DNA of 32,000 nucleotides from Pyrococcus furiosus DSM 3638 (GTDB lineage Archaea; Methanobacteriota_B; Thermococci; Thermococcales; Thermococcaceae): NCBI RefSeq assembly GCF_000007305.1, contig NC_003413.1, positions 707,318 to 739,317 of the forward strand, read 5' to 3'. Shown piece by piece: positions 18,569 to 27,280 of this stretch (position 1 is its first letter; each line of letters starts with the position of its first letter). The notes under the pieces were generated by a model. It saw only the letters and a program-made list of their open reading frames with translations, ran no database searches and was not told where the DNA came from. The position numbers and the translations under genes were made by a program.

Positions 18569-18625
18569 GCGAAGCTTGCATAATTCTTCAGAAAGGGTTT
18601 TATTCCTTTGGCGGGAGTCCATAAC

Positions 18626-19540
18626 ATGAACTTCACAAGAAGGCTCCTCGCGACACTCTCGCTCGGCTACGTCCTTTACTTCTACTCCGAATTCGCCTTT
18701 TGGGGCAGGTGGAAGACTGACGATACCATCACCGGGGCCATTATGACGTGGCTGATCTACTCGGTTTTAGCTTTCTTCGTCCTCCTGATGGCGGAGCGAT
18801 TCAAGGCGGATTCCGCCTACTCCATCTTCCTGGTGGGAGCGGTCTTCGGCTGGCTCGTTGAGGGGGTAATCGTCCAGGAAGCCTACATGGCCTTTCCCTT
18901 CCAGCTTGTGTGGACGCCCCTGGCATGGCACGCCCTTATTTCCGTGCTCATTGGGACTTACTTCGCGAGAAGAGCCATTGGAGAGTGGAGCCTCCGTCGG
19001 GCGGCAGCCCTTTTTGCAGGTCTCGGCGTCTTCTTGGGCCTCTGGGCGACCTACTGGAAGCTTGAGGACGGCTACTCGGTGAGCGTGGGGCACTTCGCGG
19101 CCTACACGTTAATCTCGACGGTCTTTCTCGTGGTTGCGTACTTTTTTCTTGACTTAACTTCCCCCAAAGAGTTTATCCCGACCAGGTGGGAGGTTGGGGC
19201 GTTCGGCGCGGTGGTTGCGTTCTTCGCCCTCTTCACGTTTATGGCGGTGCCATTTTCGCCCCTTGTGCTTCTCCCCCTGCTCGCCCTAACGCTGTACGCA
19301 CTCAAAGGGCTGAAGGGGGAGAAAAGCTTCCTCAAGGGTTCGTGGGCTCCCGCTTACAGGTACCTCCTCCCCCTGATTATTCCGCTTTTCGCCGTTCCCA
19401 CATACGCCGTGCTGAGGGATGTCTGGTTTGAGGTGAACGTCCCTGTGGCACTCGTAACATCGGGAGCGGGGCTGTTCCTGTACGTTAAGGGCATCTACCT
19501 CGGGCTGAAGACCCGGCGTTCTGGAAAAATTTCGGGATAG
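18626..19540 (+). CDS. Polytopic membrane protein of unknown function
   Basis: MNFTRRLLATLSLGYVLYFYSEFAFWGRW...: about eight hydrophobic helices; ORF also open from TTG at 18608. Confidence 0.7.
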   Translation: MNFTRRLLATLSLGYVLYFYSEFAFWGRWKTDDTITGAIMTWLIYSVLAFFVLLMAERFKADSAYSIFLVGAVFGWLVEGVIVQEAYMAFPFQLVWTPLAWHALISVLIGTYFARRAIGEWSLRRAAALFAGLGVFLGLWATYWKLEDGYSVSVGHFAAYTLISTVFLVVAYFFLDLTSPKEFIPTRWEVGAFGAVVAFFALFTFMAVPFSPLVLLPLLALTLYALKGLKGEKSFLKGSWAPAYRYLLPLIIPLFAVPTYAVLRDVWFEVNVPVALVTSGAGLFLYVKGIYLGLKTRRSGKISG

Positions 19541-19625
19541 TGCACTAAGCCCACACGTCGCATCACCAACCTGGCCTTAAATCGCCACTTATTTTAGGGA
19601 AACGGAGGTATACCTCGCGAGGGCG

Positions 19626-19805
19626 ACCTATGGGAAGATGGTGCAGAATTTAGCGTGGGCAACGGGCTACAACTCCTTCGCAATTCCCCTTGCCGCTGGA
19701 GCCCTCTACTCCTACGGGATACTGCTCAGTCCGGCCCTTGGAGCCCTGCTGATGAGCATGAGCACGGTGATAGTGGCTATCAACGCGAAGTTCCTGAAGG
19801 TTTGA
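19626..19805 (+). pseudogene. C-terminal remnant of a P1B-type heavy-metal ATPase
   Basis: [59 protein letters not shown] matches the last two TM helices of CopA/CopB-type pumps; catalytic domains absent. Confidence 0.75.
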
Positions 19806-19822
19806 GCCCCCATTCTTTCATT

Positions 19823-20639
19823 TTATCCATTTTTTCTGTGGAGCATAGAGTAGAGTTCCTCTAATGTGGGTTCGTTTCGTTTTATCTCCTCAACGGTTAT
19901 ACTCTCGCTCACGAGGAGCGTGTTGATTTCCGACGGCTCGGCATTTTCCAGCAGGATGTACCCTTTCATGATTTGGGTAGTATCCGTTATCCTCAAGCAC
20001 TTCGGCAACCATCTTGATGTTCTCCACCTTCAGGGAGATTGAAGCTCCTGTAGGAAAACCGCGCTTGAACTCCTTCAAACTTCCTGAGAACAGCACTCTG
20101 CCCTCTTTGATAACTGTAATCTTCTCGCATAGCTCGTCAACGTCGCTCAAAATGTGTGTGGAGAACAAGACTGCGGTGTTTCTCTCTTTCACATATCTCT
20201 CCAAAAACCGCTTGAATTTGAGCCTCCACTCGGGGTCGAGTTCTCTTGTGGGCTCGTCGAGGATTAGAACCTCAGGGCTCCCAAGAAAAGCCCTCGCCAT
20301 TGCGACCCTCCTCTGGGTTCCACTTGAGAGAGCCGAGACCTTTTTTCTGGCGCACTCCAAAAGCTCGAAGAACTCCAACAGTTCTCTAAGCTCTTTCTCA
20401 TCGTAAACCCCCTTCAGCGAAGCATAGCGCTTGAGGTTGTCCCACACTGAAAGGCTCGGATAGAGAAGGTCGTACTCCGGAAGGTAGCGGAGGCCGAGGA
20501 TCGGGCGGAAGGCGGTGGTCTTGCCTGCCCCGTTGTGGCCGAGGTAGGCGTGGACTTCGCCGGGCTTCACAGTCAGGCTTATCCCTCGAAGAACTTCTTT
20601 TCTATTTATACTTTTCCTCACGTTTTCAAGCTCTACCAT
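19823..20639 (-). CDS. ABC transporter ATP-binding protein, single frameshift near 3' end
   Basis: AYLGHNGAGKTTAFRPILGL, LSSGTQRRVAMARAFLGSPEVLILDEPT. C-terminus continues in another frame as GYILLENAEPSEINTLLVSESITVEEIKRNEPTLEELYSMLHRKNG* (19823..). Confidence 0.8.
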
Positions 20640-20664
20640 AAAACCACCTTACGGCTCTTACCAC

Positions 20665-21343
20665 TTATACTATCATTATAGCTTCCGGGAGTCTTTCTCC
20701 ATAGTACTTGATTACTGCAAAGTAAGCTGCCAGCACAACCAACAGAGTGGGAAAAGCAACAAGTAGTGTGCTTGAGAGGTAAATGCCGACTCCAAAGTAT
20801 CTTGCAAGGTACAAGGAGAGGAGGTAGGCTATCATGAACACAGCAACTTTCAAGAAATCAAGGTGTTTCTGCTCTACAAGGGCACACAGCAGTGTGAACA
20901 GCAGACTGAAGGCAAAGAGGAGTGGGATGCAGGATAGCATAGTCAGGAGTAGTAAAAATGGAGTGGTTTTCGCCCCAACGAATGTTCTGAGTATACTTCC
21001 AATTGCAAGACTTCCTCCGATGAGGAGAGATCCGTAGATGGAAGCAGCCCCCGCCTTTAGGAGAAGGATTCCTGAGGGGCCAGGGAGACTGAGAGTTGTA
21101 TCTCCAGTTGCTCCTGTCGTTTTGGCCCATGATACGGGGGAGTTACGATGATACTGACCATGATGGAGAACGCCACTGCCAGCATCCCAAGGGTTAGTCC
21201 ATTCTCAAGACTCGGACTGAGAATGGAAATTGCCATGTGATTATGACTACGTTCGCTAAGGCGTTCACTCCAAGAATGCCGAGCTCTTTCGCAGTGTATT
21301 TAACTTCCTCCATTAACCGAGATTTGATCATCTTGTGAGGCAT
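20665..21343 (-). pseudogene. Multi-TM ABC permease-like gene, disrupted
   Basis: MPHKMIKSRLMEEVKYTAKELGILGVNALANVV / MAISILSPSLENGLTLGMLAVAFSIMVSIIVTPPYHG / TGATGDTTLSLPGPSGILLLKAGAASIYGSLLIGGSLAIGSILRTFVGAKTTPFLLLLTMLSCIPLLFAFS...; at least two frame changes. Confidence 0.6.
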
Positions 21344-21376
21344 TTCTCAAACCTCCAGAGCATGCAGTATGAAATT

Positions 21377-22285
21377 TTATAGTTTTTTGATGAAGTTGCT
21401 TTGCTGTAAAGCTGCATTGTTCACGATAAAAGCGCATATTTCGCTGATAGATGCCTCCCGGATCTCTTCGTTTTTGATCTTTGTAATATTGGAGAGGGCA
21501 TGGCGTTCTCCAACGACCGACACTCTTTCATTAATTGCCACTGTTACATTATGGTGGTTTTTCAGGATTTTCTTAATCTCTGAAAGTGACCCCATCTCTA
21601 TTGCATAAACATCCTTAAATGCCTGTTTCAGATTGTTGGGAGAATCTGCGTACAGTAGTTTTCCTTGATGTAGAATCAATATATAATCGGCTATCTCCTC
21701 AAGCCAGGTGGCCGTGTGAGATATGAGGAAAATGCTTTTACCTTTCTTTAAGGCATGATGAATTAGCTCCATAACCTTAATTCGCCCCCAAAAATCCAGC
21801 TCTTCGAATGGTTCGTCCAAAATATAAATGTCTCTGTCAGGTAGAAATGCAAGGAGTATTGACAGGCGCCTTTTTAAGCCTCCGCTTAAGTTTCCGACAA
21901 GAGTGTCCCTATACGGAGAGAGCCCCAGGTTATCCAATAACTCATTTGCCTTAGTGTCGGGTTCTCTAAAAAGCCTGGAATACAGTTCAACAATTTCCTG
22001 AACAGTTAAGGCATCCTCGACTATATTATCTTGGGGTAGGTATGATATCATTTGCCGGATTTCTCCTTTGTTTGAGTTTATTTCCTTTCCTTTTACCTTT
22101 ACATTCCCCTCGTCGTAGGGTAAAAGCGTACTGATTATCTTAGCCAAGGTGCTTTTCCCACTTCCGTTTTTACCAAGCAATATTATCAGTCCCGGAGGGG
22201 CTGAAAAGTTAATCCTGTCAAGAGCACGTGTTTTTCCAAATGTTTTTGTTAGTTCTTTGCACATAATGAGAGGTTCCCCCATCAT
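21377..22285 (-). CDS. ABC transporter ATP-binding protein
   Basis: Walker A LLGKNGSGKSTLAKII, signature LVGNLSGGLKRRLSILLAF, Walker B IYILDEPFEELD. Confidence 0.93.
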   Translation of the reverse strand: MMGEPLIMCKELTKTFGKTRALDRINFSAPPGLIILLGKNGSGKSTLAKIISTLLPYDEGNVKVKGKEINSNKGEIRQMISYLPQDNIVEDALTVQEIVELYSRLFREPDTKANELLDNLGLSPYRDTLVGNLSGGLKRRLSILLAFLPDRDIYILDEPFEELDFWGRIKVMELIHHALKKGKSIFLISHTATWLEEIADYILILHQGKLLYADSPNNLKQAFKDVYAIEMGSLSEIKKILKNHHNVTVAINERVSVVGERHALSNITKIKNEEIREASISEICAFIVNNAALQQSNFIKKL

Positions 22286-23397
22286 TCACACCTCCGCAGG
22301 AATACATACAAAAATATGAACGCAAAGGGAACTACCATTGGTCCAAAATATATCCCCAGGATCATTAGGATAGACGCCAGAAAGGGAAGCAATATTGAAT
22401 CTTTTCCGTAGTACTTTTTGAATTTCCTCAAGAGTGCTATACTGGAACCAAGAAATGACCACAATATCAACCTGAGGATAATTTTAGTGTTTATCCCGAC
22501 GGTAAATGGGGCGGTTATGATCATTGAAAACAGGGTGAACATTGATAAGGAAATAAAGAGTTTCCTAAAGTTTAAGAGTCTCAACGTATCTGCCACACTA
22601 ACACTACTAATCAAAAAAGATGGGAGAAGGTATCCAATAGTCATGTATATTATTTCAATTCTTTCAAGCCCTGAAATATATTTGTAAATAATGGGCGACA
22701 TAAGTATAGGGGCAGTTATAAAGGAGTACCTTACTGAGTAGCTCATAATGAGGGAAATCCACACCGGGGTTCCTTTAAAAAATTTTACTGGGATCATGAC
22801 TGGTCTCACACTTGGCTCCCTTCCTATAAATGTTAGGAATAGTATGGTAAGGGCCATGGTTGATAATGATATTAAGATGAGATTCTCAGTTTTAGGGATC
22901 CCCATAACCAACTCTGAAATACTTCCCGAATTCCCAACTATCAAGGATGTCTGAATCACCACAATCATTAGCAATATTATCGCAGGGATTAGACCAGAAA
23001 TCAGAAATACTCCAAACAGAAGGAAGCACGAATAAATTGTTGAGACAAGGCTCATATTCAGGATATCATTCACCGAGAATTCAAATCCACCAATAGCTAT
23101 CATAATGCCAGAAACTGAGAATACATAAAACATGGAGAAGGCAAAAAGCGCTGATATAATACCAAATTTTTCAAGATTGTAATATCTACCACCACAGGAG
23201 AATTTTCTTATCTGGTATAACGTAGAGTTGCATTCAATAACATATCCAATAACAAATACTGTGATGTATAAAATGAGTGGCTCGATTATAAATGGCGTTT
23301 TTGAAAGTATAGAGAAGAATAATGAAGAGCCCATCGCCAGCCCGTAGTATTTCATAAGCCTGTTAAAGTAATGAAGCAAGATAGAGTTAAAACACAT
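22282..23397 (-). CDS. Polytopic membrane protein, probable ABC permease partner
   Basis: 371 aa with about 12 hydrophobic helices; starts 4 nt after the radical SAM stop and overlaps the ATPase start (22282-22285). Confidence 0.75.
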   Translation of the reverse strand: MCFNSILLHYFNRLMKYYGLAMGSSLFFSILSKTPFIIEPLILYITVFVIGYVIECNSTLYQIRKFSCGGRYYNLEKFGIISALFAFSMFYVFSVSGIMIAIGGFEFSVNDILNMSLVSTIYSCFLLFGVFLISGLIPAIILLMIVVIQTSLIVGNSGSISELVMGIPKTENLILISLSTMALTILFLTFIGREPSVRPVMIPVKFFKGTPVWISLIMSYSVRYSFITAPILMSPIIYKYISGLERIEIIYMTIGYLLPSFLISSVSVADTLRLLNFRKLFISLSMFTLFSMIITAPFTVGINTKIILRLILWSFLGSSIALLRKFKKYYGKDSILLPFLASILMILGIYFGPMVVPFAFIFLYVFLRRCE

Positions 23398-23400
23398 CTG

Positions 23401-25049
23401 TCAGGGCCCCCTGTTACTTTCTGACATCCTTACTAGCTCTTCGACAAATTTTCTACTTTCATTGTACAGTACAGGGCTAGTGTTTATGTACAGGCAGATC
23501 TCACATATTGATGATACTCCGGGGGGAAGCGCAAATTTTCTGGACAGCTGGTGTACTAATCGCTCTGGATACCTCGTTAAAACATAAAGATAGGGATCAT
23601 TAACCATTTTTTCCACAATATCTGCAATATCCTCTTTGTACACGTTTCCATACTTAAGAAACTTTGACAGCTCACTGCCCGCACAGCAGGGTGTTACGTC
23701 CCCACTGCTTGTGATGGTTAAGTTCAGATTGTACCAGCACCCTCCTTGGAGTAACGGAGTAGGGCTTAAATATATTTCATCTTTTGGTATTCTCTCCCTG
23801 GCTCTTCCAATCCATGAGATTGGGGAGCTCGCTATTAAAAACCCCTCAATACTATCACCGAGCAATTTATATAGAAGATTCAACTTTTTTGTTTTTGTGG
23901 TTTGAACTCGTAGGATTGCCCCACTAACTAATTTCTCTTCCACTGTCTTTTTTAGGTTCTCAAGAACGTTTTTGTAATATTGTTTACCTAGACATTCAAC
24001 GTGGAAAGGGGTGATGGAAACTTCCACGTAGTCGGTGTACTCTAGTATCGGATCATAGAACTCTTTGTGTGTAAATAAATACCCATTAGTAACTATTTCA
24101 GTTTTGAACCCCAGCATTTTTGCAAATTTTAGAATCTTTATCAGATCCTCCTTGAAAGGGGGTAATGTTACTTCCCCACCTGCAATGCATACTTTCTTTT
24201 CGTTTAGATACCGGGTTAATGAGTGTGAAATCTTTTTTAGAACCGCTATGACTTTATCAACCTTGAGGGTCTGAGTTGTTTCAGGTGAACATGAGACGTA
24301 ACAGTGATTGCACTTAGCATTGCAACATCTGGTGTATTCAATGACTACACCATTAAACCTAACCTCTTTATAGGGCTTTGTGTCTGCATGGCGGGTTAAT
24401 GGTATTGTCTCACTTCTTTTTTTGTTTTTAATGTCCAGAAATGTGTGCCACCCCTGCTGGGAGGGAACATGACAATAATCAAAAGGATCTACGCTCCTCG
24501 ATATATACCAGTCCCACCGGGAAAGGAATAGATTAAAAAGCTCTTTTTTGCGTCGTTGCCCAATATCACAATCTGATTATATGAGCTGTTCAGGATATCG
24601 TTTTTTAAAATATCCCTTAGGTGTGGGTCTTTTCTGAGCAGAATGTTGCCCTCTCTGGAACCCGTCTGATGGAGAACAGATGAAAGCACTAAAGTTTTTT
24701 CAAGTAATTTATCCAAAACATCCTTATTCTCACACTTTAAATACACCCAGTAATCATATATCCAGGGACTAATGGGGGACAACAAGTCAAGCAACAAACT
24801 TCCCGCACTCTCAACGTCGGAATCTTTGAGGAGAGCCAGCCTATCATCGACAACAATTATGCAGGACTTTATTGAGCTTTTAGACATTGGAACCTTTGTC
24901 AGCCCAGACGTATTGATATGTGATTTCTCAATGAGCTGGTTAGAGTCTACTACAAGGTAGTCACTGTATTTCAAAACATCATAGTGCTCTTTGGGAAGAT
25001 TGAGCAGGGATCTTGGGCGGGAAATATAAAAGATTAAAAGGTCTTCCAT
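23401..25049 (-). CDS. Radical SAM protein with SPASM-like C-terminal Cys cluster and an unrecognised N-terminal domain; single frameshift (or two overlapping genes)
   Basis: Radical SAM motif CNAKCNHC is encoded at 24324-24301 in the frame of ORF 23401..24117, open back to about 24576 with no usable start. Adding one A at A6 (24544-24549) merges it with ORF 24489..25052: ...VILGNDAKKELFNLFLSRWDWYISRSVDPFDYCHVPSQQGWHTFLD...YTRCCNAKCNHCYVSC. C-term GGCWYNLNLTITSSGDVTPCCAG...CEICLY. Confidence 0.75.
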
Positions 25050-25059
25050 CAATACTCAC

Positions 25060-25277
25060 CTATAACAACTTGTTTATTGGAGAAATCCCCTCAAAGGACA
25101 ATGCTTTTGTAGCCGCCGCTGCGAGTATTCCAGACACTATCCCAGCCGCAACACTCTTTACAAAAGATGTTGCCGCTGCCGCTTTGGCTGCTGCGACTAT
25201 GGCGGCAACAATAGCGTTGGGTTTAGATCCCGAAGGTGCCCCCACATTTCCTCCAAGTACATAGCAAACTCTTCCAT
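25060..25277 (-). CDS. Small Ala-rich, Cys-free peptide; candidate precursor for the adjacent radical SAM/ABC system
   Basis: GTG-start ORF: MGAPSGSKPNAIVAAIVAAAKAAAATSFVKSVAAGIVSGILAAAATKALSFEGISPINKLL (61 aa). Upstream GGTGAT (25287-25282) with ATG at 25277 opens MEEFAMYLEEMWG..., which joins this frame if G5 (25244-25240 minus) is G6, giving 72 aa. Confidence 0.55.
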
Positions 25278-25469
25278 AGAGATCACCAATTACAAATAGT
25301 ATTAATTACGAATTTAAGTTTTTTCTAAACTTTATGTTTAAAACATTAAGTTAACAAACTACTATAAAAAAAGCAATATCCTGTGAACCTAATTTCTGAA
25401 TATCGAGTACTTAAAAACTTACAACTTCCGATAGTTTTCACTGTTTTGGACGTATATAATCTTAGACCA

Positions 25470-25900
25470 ACCATAGAGGGATTTTATCATCAGAGAAGAT
25501 ACAACGATGGTCCCCCGTGGAAAGGAGCAGGGAAATACCGAATGCCATTGGTATTGAGAGTCCCATCCCCGGATACTTGGAGATGTAGAGGGGCGCAAAG
25601 AATGCCACAGGAGCAATGACTCCCTTTGCAACGTCAAGGCGTATCGAATGGAACAGGAACGTTATAAGGATTACCGGAAAAGTGAAGCTGAAGAGGAGAG
25701 GAGCCGATATTAGGACTCCACTGAATATCTTTGTCAGGGAGAGTGGATTGCCTAGGTATGATATTCAGTAAGCATCCATCCGGCGATACTACCCAAAGCT
25801 ATCCCCCGTGATTCCTATGATAAAACCTCCGAGAGTTCTAATGAACACAAGCTGAACCGGATCAAGCGGAAGACTGAGGAGCATCTCGTGGATGCCCAAA
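25470..25900 (-). pseudogene. Membrane protein remnant
   Basis: Minus-strand segments LLGIHEMLLSLPLDPVQLVFIRTLGGFIIGI / NPLSLTKIFSGVLISAPLLFSFTFPVILITFLFHSIRLDVAKGVIAPVAFFAPLYISKYPGMGLSIPMAFGISLLLS; frame-broken. Confidence 0.4.
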
Positions 25901-25921
25901 AGCTTCTCCCTGGAAACCGTG

Positions 25922-26026
25922 ACGCTGAAGAAGAGGGCACTTGAAATTCTCGATGAAAAATACGCCAGAGGCGAGATAGACGACGAGGAATATCAGAGAA
26001 GAAAGAGAAAGCTTCTTGAAGGGTGA
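25922..26026 (+). pseudogene. SHOCT-domain C-terminal remnant
   Basis: TLKKRALEILDEKYARGEIDDEEYQRRKRKLLEG* is a canonical SHOCT motif without an obvious upstream protein. Confidence 0.5.
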
Positions 26027-26044
26027 GGATTAACAGCTCAATCC

Positions 26045-26650
26045 TCAGTCTTTTGTAGCTATTATCAGCCTCACGATATCATAGAAGAGGTTCTCGACCT
26101 TTTCTATTTTAAAGCCCGCCCTCTCGATGTTTCTCTGAGTTTCCCTCAGCAGAGAAGTTCCGAGGAGCGTTCTTATGAAGGGCTCCATGAGGTAGAGGGG
26201 GACGTTGAGAAGCTTTGACTCGCTTTTCATGTGCTCAAGAAATATTGCTCTTCCTCCAGGTTTTAGCACTCTGTAAGCCTCTTTTAGCCCTTTAATCGGA
26301 TCTGGAACTGTACAGAAGACGAACGTGCTAACTATGGTGTCGAAGGTATTATCCTCAAACTCCAGATCTTGGGCGTCCATGTATAAAAGCGTGACGTTCT
26401 CTAACCTGAGCTTCCTTCTCCGTTCTTCAGCTTTTTTAAGCATGTTTCTGCTGAAGTCTATGCCAATAACCTCCACATCCTTCGGGTAATATGGGAGGTT
26501 CTTTCCCGTTCCTACTCCTATCTCGAGGACTTTACCCCTAACAAGACTTAGGGCTCTTTTCCTGTATTTTGAAAAAGCTCGTATCTCCATAGGGCTTTCA
26601 AACAGATCATAAATCTTTGCAAATCTATCATATTTTTTCGCGGGGTTCAC
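26045..26650 (-). CDS. Class I SAM-dependent methyltransferase (UbiE/phospholipid methyltransferase-like)
   Basis: VLEIGVGTGKNLPYYPKDVEVIGIDFSRNMLKKAEER; TFVFCTVPDPIKGLKEAYRVLKPGGRAIFLEH. Confidence 0.9.
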   Translation of the reverse strand: MNPAKKYDRFAKIYDLFESPMEIRAFSKYRKRALSLVRGKVLEIGVGTGKNLPYYPKDVEVIGIDFSRNMLKKAEERRRKLRLENVTLLYMDAQDLEFEDNTFDTIVSTFVFCTVPDPIKGLKEAYRVLKPGGRAIFLEHMKSESKLLNVPLYLMEPFIRTLLGTSLLRETQRNIERAGFKIEKVENLFYDIVRLIIATKD

Positions 26651-26805
26651 GGTTCTCGCCTGTTAATTATCCTTGCAAACTTCCAAATTAAGATTATCCT
26701 TCCATTCTGGCAAAGGAACAACTTTTTGGTTGCCATGCTGGGAATGATAAGCCTATTATCCCTTGCTCACCTAGGTGTGTATTAGAAAAGGGGGAGGATG
26801 ATAAG

Positions 26806-27165
26806 ATGGAGTGGAAGTCACTGCTAATTGGTTTCATAATTGGGGCGCTCATAGCAATCCCGTATGGCCTAGCCCACAGTGGCGGGTTTGACGTTGGAGA
26901 GAAGACCGGTTCGCACGGGGGCTTTGGTCCAATGGGCGGTCATGGAATGGGCATGGAAATGATGGGCTACGGCATGCACGGCATGATGGACGAACACGAG
27001 GAGATGGAGGAGTACATGACCGATGGGAACTTCACCGAGCTTCATGAGGAAATGGAGGAGGAGATGGAAGAGCACATGGGTGTTAACTGGGAAGAAATGA
27101 AGGAAATGCACGAGGCATGTGAGAAGTATATGGGTTTTGAAGAAGAGGAAGAAGAGAACCCATGA
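26806..27165 (+). CDS. Small membrane-anchored His/Met/Glu-rich protein, putative metal binding
   Basis: N-terminal hydrophobic segment then GGHGMGMEMMGYGMHGMMDEHEEMEEYM...; preceded by a GGATGATAAG-like ribosome site. Confidence 0.7.
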   Translation: MEWKSLLIGFIIGALIAIPYGLAHSGGFDVGEKTGSHGGFGPMGGHGMGMEMMGYGMHGMMDEHEEMEEYMTDGNFTELHEEMEEEMEEHMGVNWEEMKEMHEACEKYMGFEEEEEENP

Positions 27166-27280
27166 CTTGCCTAATCTTTTATATATTTTGAGGGATTGGT
27201 GCTGTGAAAGGACTTTTTATGCTCAATGTCCTCAGTGTCATTCCATGAAATTTGGCAACTTACATAAGAGGTGCCACAAA

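Noticed and set aside
25013-25264. 83-aa plus-strand ORF overlapping the Ala-rich peptide
   Set aside because: Antisense of GCx-rich codons also yields Ala-rich sequence; the minus ORF has a ribosome site, promoter-like element and operon context, the plus ORF does not.
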